A DNA stretch of 64,000 nucleotides, from assembly GCA_963648205.1 (NCBI GenBank), contig CAVJCT010000038.1, forward strand, positions 434 to 64,433, read 5' to 3'. The stretch is from Flexilinea sp. (lineage in GTDB: Bacteria > Bacteroidota > Bacteroidia > Bacteroidales > Paludibacteraceae). Below are positions 27,338 to 36,655 of the stretch, in pieces. Numbering within the stretch: the first letter of the stretch is position 1; each line of letters begins with the position of its first letter. Under the pieces are notes generated by a model that was not told where the DNA came from, did no database searches, and saw nothing but the letters and a program-made list of their open reading frames with translations. A program made the translations under genes and the position numbers.

Positions 27338-29833
27338 TTAAAAATCGTCCATTCCTCCATCATCGTCCGAAGAGAAGGAGTCAGATTTTCCTTTCTTCGC
27401 CTTTTTCTTCATATTTCCGAAGTTGTAGGAGATATTGAGGTTGATTGATCGTCCGTTCCATGTCGTTTCTGAATATTGGTAGAAATCATCGTTCCAGGTC
27501 TCCGACTTTCTTTTTCTGGAGTTGAGAATATCGCGAACAGAAAGGGTGAGGTTCAGTTTCTTATCTAAGAACGATTTCTTTGCACCAAAATTGACGAAAT
27601 AGGTGTTGAGCGTCTTTCCTTGAGCAGTCGCCTTAGGTGAACGATAGTTTCCTGTCAACTCCAAACTGATATTCTTTGGAAGAATGAAAGTGGATGATAT
27701 TTTGGCAGTCCAACTCAAACTATGTCGGTCATCGACGTGTATGTCGATATCCGAGGCACTCTCAGCATTATGCACCGTAAAGTCTCCGCCTGTCAACTTG
27801 TAGTAATAGAAATTGACATTGGTGGAAAGGTCAACATATTTCCAATGGTTTTTCAAAATCAACTCCAATCCAGTGGAATGAGATGTCGACATATTCTCAA
27901 AAGTATTCATCAACACATCACCCGATCTCCAACTATATTTCTGGATAATATCCTGCATTAATTGATAGTAGATGGAAGTGATGAATGTATGCTTCTTCTC
28001 GCAGAAGTTCTTAACGTAACTGAACTCGAAAGAGTTGGTAAACTCTGGATCCAAATCGGGATTACCGAAAGAAATATTGGTAGAATCCTCCACATCTTTG
28101 TAAGGGTTCAATCTTCTGCTTCTCGGACGAGAGATTCGTCGTGTATAACTCAACTGTAATTCATCATTGTCCGAAGCGGTGTATGAGAGAAAGACCGTCG
28201 GGAAGATATTCGCATACGGTTTTTTAGTCGATTTATCCCCATTGGTATGGAGTGTCCAATCGACATCGGTCAACTCACCTCGAAGTCCGAGTTGTGCTGC
28301 AAATCGTCTGAATTTGTTACCATACGAAGCATAGATGGAATAGACGTTTTGTTGCATTTCAAAGTCATTGTCAAGTTCCGTTTGAGCCACAAATTCATCT
28401 GCCCCTGTCATCTTCTTCTCCGTAGTAACATCACTGGATTGATGGTCTAATTTGATTTTCGCACCAGCCTCCAATTTAGAGGTGGACGAGAGCGGATTGA
28501 CATAATCCACTTGCGCCTCCCACGAACGATTCTTATTGAGGGTTGCCTGATTCTGATCATAGTCGTTTGCAGGCGACGAGATACGCAACGAGTCGAAATT
28601 GCGTTGGTAATAATTTCGCTCGTTGTCATTCTTATTGGCAGAAAAGTCGACCACTGCTGTAAGGGTATGACTCTCGCTGAAATTATGGGTATAGTTCACC
28701 TCTCCATAGCCTGTCAGACGGTCATTATCGGTTCTCGAGTCTCTACTTTGATAGGAACTAAAAAGTCGGTTCCCTCCATTGATATAACCATGTTCATAAT
28801 CGATAAACTGTCCTCTATATCTATCTCCGAACATGAACATACCAGCAAAACCAAACTGATTGCTCGAGTCGGCTTGGCAACTGGCTGTCAGACGGACAAA
28901 GGCAGAGTTCATTTCAAACTCAGTGTCGTTATATTGATTGATGAGCGTCGTGTCTTCTCCGTAGTATTCTCGGCGACTCTCGCCTCCTCCATCATTCTTT
29001 CTATTGCGGTATCCGATACTGGCTCCTGCCGTCCATTTGTTTTTGGTGAAATTGATATTGGCACTGGCATTGCCACCCAATCTGCCACCCCAAGGATAGG
29101 TCAATCCCGCCGAAACGGTTCCGTAGTAAGAGGCTTGCATTGCATTCTGCTTCATCACAATGTTGATGATACCTGCAGAACCTTCAGCCGAGAATTTTGA
29201 GGATGGATTGGTGATCACCTCCACTCGCTCAATGCTACCGGCAGGCAACTGTTCCAACAAATCCGCCTTATTGTCTTCTGTCATTCCAGACGGTCTTCCA
29301 TTGATGTATATCTCAACATTCTCATTGTTGCGCATAGAGACATTTCCCTCTACATCAACGGCTACCGACGGTATCTCTTTCAGCACTTCACTGGCAGACA
29401 TTCCGTCGGACACAGCACTCTCATTGACGATAAAGGTCTTCTTGTCAATGTCTACTTGCAAAGAGGAGCGTTTCGCCGTTACCTCAACAGCGGAGAGCAA
29501 CGCAGCGTCTTCTTGTATGGTGATTTTTTTGAATCTTCTAACGGGTGAGGTCGGGGTAAGCGTAACATCAAGGATTTTCGTTTTAAACCCCATAAAACTG
29601 ATTTCAAGGCGATATTGTCCCTCTGAAAGGTCTTTTAAGACAAACTTACCATCTAAATCAGTAGCATCTCCCTTATATTGTGTCTTCTCGTTTCCTTTAA
29701 AAAGTAGGACTGCGGCAGACGGCAATGATTCTCCATTGTCGTCTACTACAGTTCCCTCTATTTTATAGTCTATCGCACTGATTGTCAGCGCGCAGAAAAA
29801 ACTCAATACTACAAATAATAATTTTTTTCTCAT
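27338..29833 (-). CDS. TonB-dependent-receptor-like outer membrane beta-barrel protein with N-terminal CarboxypepD_reg domain
   Basis: Signal peptide, a carboxypeptidase-regulatory-like domain (IEGTVVDDNGESLPSAAV) and a plug-like region (EVLKEIPSVAVDVEGNVSMRN). A long alternating beta-barrel region ends with a C-terminal Phe. Confidence 0.8.
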   Translation of the reverse strand: MRKKLLFVVLSFFCALTISAIDYKIEGTVVDDNGESLPSAAVLLFKGNEKTQYKGDATDLDGKFVLKDLSEGQYRLEISFMGFKTKILDVTLTPTSPVRRFKKITIQEDAALLSAVEVTAKRSSLQVDIDKKTFIVNESAVSDGMSASEVLKEIPSVAVDVEGNVSMRNNENVEIYINGRPSGMTEDNKADLLEQLPAGSIERVEVITNPSSKFSAEGSAGIINIVMKQNAMQASYYGTVSAGLTYPWGGRLGGNASANINFTKNKWTAGASIGYRNRKNDGGGESRREYYGEDTTLINQYNDTEFEMNSAFVRLTASCQADSSNQFGFAGMFMFGDRYRGQFIDYEHGYINGGNRLFSSYQSRDSRTDNDRLTGYGEVNYTHNFSESHTLTAVVDFSANKNDNERNYYQRNFDSLRISSPANDYDQNQATLNKNRSWEAQVDYVNPLSSTSKLEAGAKIKLDHQSSDVTTEKKMTGADEFVAQTELDNDFEMQQNVYSIYASYGNKFRRFAAQLGLRGELTDVDWTLHTNGDKSTKKPYANIFPTVFLSYTASDNDELQLSYTRRISRPRSRRLNPYKDVEDSTNISFGNPDLDPEFTNSFEFSYVKNFCEKKHTFITSIYYQLMQDIIQKYSWRSGDVLMNTFENMSTSHSTGLELILKNHWKYVDLSTNVNFYYYKLTGGDFTVHNAESASDIDIHVDDRHSLSWTAKISSTFILPKNISLELTGNYRSPKATAQGKTLNTYFVNFGAKKSFLDKKLNLTLSVRDILNSRKRKSETWNDDFYQYSETTWNGRSINLNISYNFGNMKKKAKKGKSDSFSSDDDGGMDDF

Positions 29834-29860
29834 ATAAAATTAGGACAAGGTGAAGTGGTT

Positions 29861-31966
29861 TTATTGAGCAGGCTTCTCCTCCGACTTTTCATCCGACGAG
29901 TTGCTTTGGACATTGGCTTCATCTGTTTTCTGTTCAGCCGTTTTCGAGTCAGAAGCAATCTCTTCCACTTTGACTTCTTCGATCTTACCGTCTACAGTTG
30001 CTTCGCCAGACTTTCCATTGTCTGTTTTTTCCTCATCAGCCTTTTTCTCACTCTCCTCGCTTAATTCATCGGCTCTTGATTTCCAAGGTCGTTTGCCAAA
30101 GATGTGTTCTACATCGTCTGCAAAAATCACCTCCTTCTCCACCAAGATGGATGCGAGTTCCTTCATCTTATCTAAGTTGTCGCTGAGAATCGTCTTCGCA
30201 CGCTCATACTGCTCTGCGATAAGTCGTTTCACCTCCTCGTCTATCACTTTCGCCGTCTCATCACTGTATGGGCGAGTGAACGAGTAATCCGACTGACCTG
30301 TAGAGTCATAGTAAGAGAGGTTCGCCAATTTATTGCTGAATCCATAGTAGGCAACCATTGCGTAGGCTTTCTTAGTAGTCGTTTCAAGGTCGTTGAGCGC
30401 ACCAGTCGAAATCTCGCCATAGACGAGTTCCTCGGCTGCACGACCTGCCAAAGTAGCACAAATATCATCCAACAAATGCTGAGTTGTGATATGTTGATGT
30501 TCCTCAGGCAAATACCACGCTGCTCCTAACGCACGACCACGAGGCACAATAGTAACCTTCACCAACGGATTGGCATATTGAAGCATCCAACTAACCGTCG
30601 CATGTCCGGCTTCGTGAATGGCAGTCGACTCTTTTTCGGCTTTCGTCATGATGGCGTTCTTCTTCTCCAAACCACCAATGATACGGTCTACCGCATCCAA
30701 AAAGTCTTGCTTCTCAACACTCTTCTTCTCTCTTCTGGCGGCAATCAACGCTGCTTCGTTACAAACATTGGCAATGTCCGCTCCCGAGAATCCTGGTGTC
30801 TGACGTGAAAGGAATTCAACATCAACGCTGCTGTCAATCTTCACATTGCGAAGGTGTACATTGAAAATCTCTTTTCTATCGTGAACATCCGGAAGGTCAA
30901 CGGCAATCTGTCGGTCGAAGCGTCCTGGACGAAGCAACGCCTTGTCGAGGATATCGGCACGGTTGGTGGCTGCCAAGATAATGACTCCACTGTTCGTGCC
31001 AAATCCGTCCATCTCAGTGAGCAACTGGTTCAACGTGTTCTCTCGCTCATCATTCGAACCTGAATTGATTGAACGACTACGCGCACGACCAACTGCATCA
31101 ATTTCATCGATGAAGATGATGGAAGGCGACTTCTCTTTGGCTTGACGGAACAAATCGCGCACTCGTGACGCACCCACTCCGACAAACATCTCCATAAAGT
31201 CAGAACCTGACATTGAGAAGAATGGCACATCTGCCTCTCCTGCAACTGCCTTCGCCAAGAGGGTCTTACCTGTTCCTGGAGGGCCTACCAAGAGGGCTCC
31301 CTTCGGAATTTTACCTCCCAACTCTGTATATTTCGACGGATTCTTCAAGAAGTGTACAATCTCTTGAACCTCCTCTTTCGCTTCTGAAAGTCCAGCCACA
31401 TCCTTGAAGGTAATCTTATTGTCTGAGTTCTTGTCAAAAACGCGCGCTTTCGATTTACCCACACTGAAGACGCCCATTCCGCCGCCTCCGCCATTGCCGA
31501 TTCTGCGCATCATGAATATCCAAATCAGAATCATGATAACAAACGGACCGATTCCCCACAGCAGATGACTGGAGTAATCAGGATCTTCAATATAGGAGAC
31601 TTTTATCTTCGTCTTGCTGTCTTTCTGCCAATCTTTCAAGTCCTCAGTGAACTGATCGGCTGACGGAATCGTGATGGAAACGACTGGCGTCTTAATCGCT
31701 GCAGCAGAGTCTTTTCCAAACACGTCAGCAATTTTCTCGGGGAGAATAACAAGTTCTGCCGTATTCTTATTGGTCGTAACACGGATGCTCTCAACATCTC
31801 CATTCTCTACGAATTTCTGCACCTCTGTGTACGAGAAGGTTCTGCTCGTCGCACCAAAGTCAGAAAAACTAATGAAGATGAGGAAGATGGCTATGATAAT
31901 ATAGACCCACGTCAGATTGAAAACGTACTTTTTTCCTCCCCCATTATTAGGATTTTCGTTTGCCAT
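29861..31966 (-). CDS. ftsH: ATP-dependent zinc metalloprotease FtsH
   Basis: Walker [14 protein letters not shown], an SRH region and the zinc site HEAGHA. Two N-terminal TM segments and an acidic C-terminal extension. Confidence 0.95.
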   Translation of the reverse strand: MANENPNNGGGKKYVFNLTWVYIIIAIFLIFISFSDFGATSRTFSYTEVQKFVENGDVESIRVTTNKNTAELVILPEKIADVFGKDSAAAIKTPVVSITIPSADQFTEDLKDWQKDSKTKIKVSYIEDPDYSSHLLWGIGPFVIMILIWIFMMRRIGNGGGGGMGVFSVGKSKARVFDKNSDNKITFKDVAGLSEAKEEVQEIVHFLKNPSKYTELGGKIPKGALLVGPPGTGKTLLAKAVAGEADVPFFSMSGSDFMEMFVGVGASRVRDLFRQAKEKSPSIIFIDEIDAVGRARSRSINSGSNDERENTLNQLLTEMDGFGTNSGVIILAATNRADILDKALLRPGRFDRQIAVDLPDVHDRKEIFNVHLRNVKIDSSVDVEFLSRQTPGFSGADIANVCNEAALIAARREKKSVEKQDFLDAVDRIIGGLEKKNAIMTKAEKESTAIHEAGHATVSWMLQYANPLVKVTIVPRGRALGAAWYLPEEHQHITTQHLLDDICATLAGRAAEELVYGEISTGALNDLETTTKKAYAMVAYYGFSNKLANLSYYDSTGQSDYSFTRPYSDETAKVIDEEVKRLIAEQYERAKTILSDNLDKMKELASILVEKEVIFADDVEHIFGKRPWKSRADELSEESEKKADEEKTDNGKSGEATVDGKIEEVKVEEIASDSKTAEQKTDEANVQSNSSDEKSEEKPAQ

Positions 31967-32008
31967 TTACATTTCGTTTAATGTTTAAAAATCGGGAACT
32001 ACAAAAGA

Positions 32009-32380
32009 CTACAGAAGGTCTGGAATCTCCTCTGTCTTCGCATCTTCCCACAAGCCCTCTAAGTTGTAGAAACTACGCAACTCGGGTTGGAAAACATGAA
32101 CTACCACTTCTCCGTAATCCATTGCGATCCACTGTGCATTGTCATAACCATCTACAAAATAAGGCTTTACCTTTATCTGCTCTCTAACATAATCCTTGAC
32201 GGAATCAGCGATAGAGGCAACGTGCGTGTTGGATCTTCCCTCGCAGATGACAAAGTTTCTGAAAACGTAATTGTCGATATGCGACATATCTACTTTCGTG
32301 ATTTTCAATCCTTTAACATCCTGAATTCCTTCAACGATCTTGTTGATCAATAAGTCTGTATCGTTAATGATTGTAGCCAT
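32009..32380 (-). CDS. rsfS: Ribosome silencing factor RsfS (iojap-like)
   Basis: 123 aa with WIAMDYGEVVVHVFQPELRSFYNLEGLW. Confidence 0.9.
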   Translation of the reverse strand: MATIINDTDLLINKIVEGIQDVKGLKITKVDMSHIDNYVFRNFVICEGRSNTHVASIADSVKDYVREQIKVKPYFVDGYDNAQWIAMDYGEVVVHVFQPELRSFYNLEGLWEDAKTEEIPDLL

Positions 32381-32391
32381 TCTCTTTACTT

Positions 32392-33732
32392 TTATTTTTT
32401 CAATAATTTATTAATTGCGTTCTCCACCTTATCGAAGTCAAACTCCTTGAGTGTGGAGTTCATCAACTGCTCGATTTTGTCGTTGCAGAGATTGCCAATA
32501 CTTCCCTCGTGTGTGTGGTGAATATCCTTATTTGGCTTGAACGTTCCTGCCTCACACTCCAATCCCACTTGCTTGTAAGCGTCGCGGAACGGTGTTCCAT
32601 TGAGTGCCAAACGATTAACCTCTTCAACGCTGAAGATGAAATCGTATTTTGGATCGTCCAAGATATTATCTTTGATCTTCACTTCTCGCATGATGTGAGA
32701 AGTCATCTTCAAGCAATCGCGCAATTCATCGAACACTGGAATGTAAATTTCCTTGATGATCTGAAGGTCTCTGAAATAGCCCGATGGCAAGTTGTTCATA
32801 ATCATCATAATCTGCTGTGGCAAGGTCTGAATCTTATTACACTTTGCACGAGTCAACTCAAACACATCTGGGTTCTTCTTGTGTGGCATAATGCTCGATC
32901 CTGTCGTACACTCGTCTGGCAACTTAATAAAGCCAAAATTCTGACTGGTGAACATACATGAGTCGAAAGCCAACTTAGAAATCGTCGAAGCGATACCTGC
33001 CAATGCAAAAGCCACCGTCTTCTCGATTTTACCTCGTCCCATCTGCGCATAGACAACGTTGTAATCCATTGAGTCAAAGCCCAATAGGTCGGTCGTCATC
33101 TGTCTGTTGAGAGGGAAAGATGAACCGTAACCTGCAGCCGAACCCAACGGATTTCTGTTCGTCATTCTCCACGCTGCCAACAATAGCATCATATCATCCA
33201 CCAAACTCTCAGCGTATGCACCAAACCACAATCCAAAAGATGACGGCATCGCAATCTGAAGGTGCGTATAGCCAGGGAGCAACACATTCTTGTATTTGTT
33301 ACTCTGCTCGATGAGAATCTCAAACAACTCGTGCACCGCCTCCGTGATCGATTGAATCTGCTCGCGAGTGAAAAGCTTCATATCGAGCAACACTTGGTCG
33401 TTACGCGAACGTCCACTATGTATCTTCTTTCCTAAATCTCCTAATTTACGGGTGAGCAACAACTCTACTTGCGAGTGTACATCCTCAACGCCATCCTCAA
33501 TCGTAAACTTGCCGTCTATGATTGTTTGATAGATTGACTTGAGTTCGTTCAACAAAATGGGAAGTTCCTCTTTTCCCAACAGACCGATAGATTCTAACAT
33601 AGTGATGTGAGCCATAGAGCCTAACACATCGTGCTTCGCAAGGAAAAGATCCATCTCGCGGTCGCGACCCACAGTGAAGCGTACGATCTCCTCATTCGTC
33701 GCCTTACCTTTATCCCAAAGTTTTTGAGCCAT
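32392..33732 (-). CDS. argH: Argininosuccinate lyase
   Basis: Fumarate-lyase signature GSSIMPHKKNPD. N-terminus MAQKLWDKG...RF. 446 aa. Confidence 0.92.
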   Translation of the reverse strand: MAQKLWDKGKATNEEIVRFTVGRDREMDLFLAKHDVLGSMAHITMLESIGLLGKEELPILLNELKSIYQTIIDGKFTIEDGVEDVHSQVELLLTRKLGDLGKKIHSGRSRNDQVLLDMKLFTREQIQSITEAVHELFEILIEQSNKYKNVLLPGYTHLQIAMPSSFGLWFGAYAESLVDDMMLLLAAWRMTNRNPLGSAAGYGSSFPLNRQMTTDLLGFDSMDYNVVYAQMGRGKIEKTVAFALAGIASTISKLAFDSCMFTSQNFGFIKLPDECTTGSSIMPHKKNPDVFELTRAKCNKIQTLPQQIMMIMNNLPSGYFRDLQIIKEIYIPVFDELRDCLKMTSHIMREVKIKDNILDDPKYDFIFSVEEVNRLALNGTPFRDAYKQVGLECEAGTFKPNKDIHHTHEGSIGNLCNDKIEQLMNSTLKEFDFDKVENAINKLLKK

Positions 33733-33768
33733 TTATCGAATTTTAGTTGAAATATAGTTTTTAGAAAG

Positions 33769-33776
33769 CAAATATA
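33769..33776 (-). promoter_or_regulatory. Candidate -7 box TATATTTG (minus strand) for argH
   Basis: The reverse complement of CAAATATA matches TAnnTTTG. Lies 37 nt upstream of the argH ATG. Confidence 0.35.
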
Positions 33777-33882
33777 ACTTTTTTGAACGACTTTCTCTCT
33801 GCGTTTGCGTTAAACTATGTTATAGAATGGACTGCAATGACTGCGATTTCCTTAAATTGTGTAGAATGTGGACAGAAACCCT

Positions 33883-35055
33883 CTACATCACGTTCTTCAC
33901 CTCTTTCAACTGTATGCGGAATGTTGTTCCTTTTCCTACTTCTGATTTCTTAACAAAAATCTTTCCGTGATGATACTCTTCGATGATTCTCTTGGCCAAC
34001 GACAAGCCCAATCCCCAACCACGTTTTTTGGTTGTGAAACCGGGATTGAAAACGGCAGAGAAATTGGATTTGGAGATTCCTTTTCCAGTGTCCGCTAAAT
34101 CGATGTTGACGGTTCCGTTGTCCACCGTGATCGTTGCTGTGATTTTCCCTTCTTTCGAGATGGCATCAATGGCGTTTTTGCACAAATTCTCAATCACCCA
34201 CTCAAACAACGGTGGATTGAGATTGACGTTTATCTCTTTGTCTGTTTTGTATTCTGCACTGATGACAATCCTTTGCGACGTACGTTTCTGCATATAAGCT
34301 AAAGTATTGTCTAACACTGGTTTAAGCAAAGTTGGCTGCAACTCTGGATTAGAGCCAATCTTCGAGAAACGCTCGGCAATCACTTGCAATCGCTTAACGT
34401 CTTTCTCCATCTCTGGCACCATATCCTTGGGCATCTCTCCCTCCTTGATAATCTCCAACCACGCCATCAGCGAGGATATTGGCGTACCTAACTGGTGCGC
34501 CGTCTCTTTCGACAATCCTACCCACAAGCGGTTCTGCTCCGATCTTTTCGCACTTGAGAAAAAGAAGAAAAGTATGCTGAAAAATCCGACAATCAAACCA
34601 AATTGAATGTAGGGATAAAGTGACAACTGTTTGAGCAAGATAGAATCGTCATAGTAGATATACTGGTTATAACCGTCTTCTATCTCTAAGACAATGGGGG
34701 CTTGTGCGTTCTTGAGTGCTTGCAGTTTCGCTTGCAAAAACTGCAGGGTGTCGTCGGCTTGACGTATATGAAAATTTCTAAAGGAAATAACCTCATCGCA
34801 ATCGTCTGCTATCATAACGGGTATGCTATGATTTCCCTCAATGACCTTTAAAGCGAACGACAAATCTGCATCCGAAGAGGCATTGGTAACAATCAGCTTT
34901 GTTGCATCTGCCCACAACTCTATACGATGTCGCTCCTCGTCTGCCATCTCTCGCACCAACCGATTGGTGAAAAAAATGGACGCTGTAACGATGATGATCG
35001 CCACAATCGAAAATCCTATTCGGACTTTATAGAAGTTATCGAACGTAATCTGCAT
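33883..35055 (-). CDS. Sensor histidine kinase (no adjacent response regulator)
   Basis: Two TM segments flank a periplasmic-type domain. H-box AHQLGTPISSL. HATPase motifs NLCKNAIDA, DTGKGI and GWGLGLSLAKR. Confidence 0.85.
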   Translation of the reverse strand: MQITFDNFYKVRIGFSIVAIIIVTASIFFTNRLVREMADEERHRIELWADATKLIVTNASSDADLSFALKVIEGNHSIPVMIADDCDEVISFRNFHIRQADDTLQFLQAKLQALKNAQAPIVLEIEDGYNQYIYYDDSILLKQLSLYPYIQFGLIVGFFSILFFFFSSAKRSEQNRLWVGLSKETAHQLGTPISSLMAWLEIIKEGEMPKDMVPEMEKDVKRLQVIAERFSKIGSNPELQPTLLKPVLDNTLAYMQKRTSQRIVISAEYKTDKEINVNLNPPLFEWVIENLCKNAIDAISKEGKITATITVDNGTVNIDLADTGKGISKSNFSAVFNPGFTTKKRGWGLGLSLAKRIIEEYHHGKIFVKKSEVGKGTTFRIQLKEVKNVM

Positions 35056-35082
35056 AGGCTTGGTGCATTAGTGCAAACGTTG

Positions 35083-36006
35083 TCATCTATACTTGCCCTC
35101 ATCGCAATCATCTAAGATGCTGAGGTAACTGTTATAGCGAGTCTCACTGATGTAATGGTCTTCCAATGCCTGACGGACAGCGCATCCTGGCTCTTTGATA
35201 TGCAAGCAATTGCCATATTTACACTCCGCAGAAAATTTGAAAATTTCTGGGAAATAGTGGTCTACCTCCTCTTTCTGAAAGTCTATCGTCCCAAATCCTT
35301 TGATGCCTGGCGTGTCAATCAGGTAACTGTCTTTCTCTATCTCATACATCTCCGAGAAGGTCGTGGTGTGCATTCCCTTATTATGAACGTCCGAAATTTG
35401 TCCGGTTCGTGCCACCTGCGTCGCAGAGAGTGCGTTGATGAGTGAAGACTTGCCGACACCTGAATTTCCTGAAAGCAAGGAGGTTTTGCCTCGCATAATC
35501 TCTCGCAACTGTTCTATGCCTTCTCCTGTTTGTGCCGACACACAAATCGAATGATAGCCTACCGTTTCATAGAGATATTGCAATGCCTTCATATACTCTT
35601 TTTCATCGTCTGTATAGAGGTCTATCTTGTTGATAACGAGGATAGTAGGCACTTGATAGGCTTCGGAGGTCGCCAAGACACGGTCGATAAAGACAGTAGA
35701 GGTTTCTGGGTGATTGATGGTGATAGTGAGCAACAACTGGTCGAGGTTGGCTGCGATGATATGCAGTTGCTTCGACAGGTTGGCTGGTCGTCTGACGATG
35801 TAGTTCTTGCGATCTTCTATCGCTGTTATCCAGCCTATTCCATCTGCCATCACATCAAAACGAACCCGATCGCCTACGGCAACCGGGTTGGTACTTTTTA
35901 TGCCTTTGATGCGGAAATTGCCTTTGATACGGCACTCGACAAACTCACCTTCAGCGGTCTTTACCCAAAAACTGCTTCCTGTGCTTTTTACGATAGTTCC
36001 TGTCAT
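35083..36006 (-). CDS. rsgA: Ribosome small-subunit-dependent GTPase A
   Basis: Circularly permuted GTPase with NKIDL preceding GNSGVGKSSLINAL. C-terminal zinc-finger Cys residues. I take the ATG at 36004-36006, because the tracked 36012 start is TTG. Confidence 0.9.
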   Translation of the reverse strand: MTGTIVKSTGSSFWVKTAEGEFVECRIKGNFRIKGIKSTNPVAVGDRVRFDVMADGIGWITAIEDRKNYIVRRPANLSKQLHIIAANLDQLLLTITINHPETSTVFIDRVLATSEAYQVPTILVINKIDLYTDDEKEYMKALQYLYETVGYHSICVSAQTGEGIEQLREIMRGKTSLLSGNSGVGKSSLINALSATQVARTGQISDVHNKGMHTTTFSEMYEIEKDSYLIDTPGIKGFGTIDFQKEEVDHYFPEIFKFSAECKYGNCLHIKEPGCAVRQALEDHYISETRYNSYLSILDDCDEGKYR

Positions 36007-36026
36007 TAACAAAGTCTTGGTATTTC

Positions 36027-36587
36027 TTAGACTGTCATGATTTCTTTCTCCTTGGCAGCCAAAACCTCCTCGACTTTCTTCACATACTTGTCGTGGATCT
36101 TTTGTACTTCGCCTTCAGCGTCCTTCTCAGCGTCTTCTGCCAAACCATTCTTCATCTCCTTCTTCAATCCTTCGATGGCATCACGACGTGCGTTACGAAT
36201 GCTGATTTTTGCCTCCTCGCCCTCAGCACGTGTCTGCTTAACGAGTTGCTTTCTTCTATCCTCTGTCAACGGTGGAATAGCCAAACGAATGAGCTCACCG
36301 TTGTTTTCTGGAGTGATTCCTATTTCAGAGTTCATAATGGCTTTCTCGATTACTGAAATCATCTTCTTCTCCCAAGGTTGAATGGCGATAGTACGCGCAT
36401 CTGGTGTGGTGATAGTAGCAACTCCCGACAATGGAACGACACTTCCGTAGTAGTCTACTCGAATTGGATCCAAGATGCGTGGATTAGCCTTTCCTGCACG
36501 GATGTGTGCCAAAGAGTCGTCTAAGTGAGCCACTGTCTGTGCCATCTTATCTTCTGCTGCTTTGTAATATTCTTTTACTTCTGCCAT
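36027..36587 (-). CDS. frr: Ribosome recycling factor
   Basis: 186 aa with IRAGKANPRILD and LTEDRRKQLVKQ motifs. Confidence 0.95.
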   Translation of the reverse strand: MAEVKEYYKAAEDKMAQTVAHLDDSLAHIRAGKANPRILDPIRVDYYGSVVPLSGVATITTPDARTIAIQPWEKKMISVIEKAIMNSEIGITPENNGELIRLAIPPLTEDRRKQLVKQTRAEGEEAKISIRNARRDAIEGLKKEMKNGLAEDAEKDAEGEVQKIHDKYVKKVEEVLAAKEKEIMTV

Positions 36588-36625
36588 TTTCTTTTCAATA
36601 TTTAATTGTTTTTACTATGAGTGCG

Positions 36626-36633
36626 CAAAAATA
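36626..36633 (-). promoter_or_regulatory. Candidate -7 box TATTTTTG (minus strand) for frr-rsgA
   Basis: The reverse complement of CAAAAATA. Lies 38 nt upstream of the frr ATG. Confidence 0.35.
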
Positions 36634-36655
36634 GTTTTTTTTGTGAATTTTTCAC

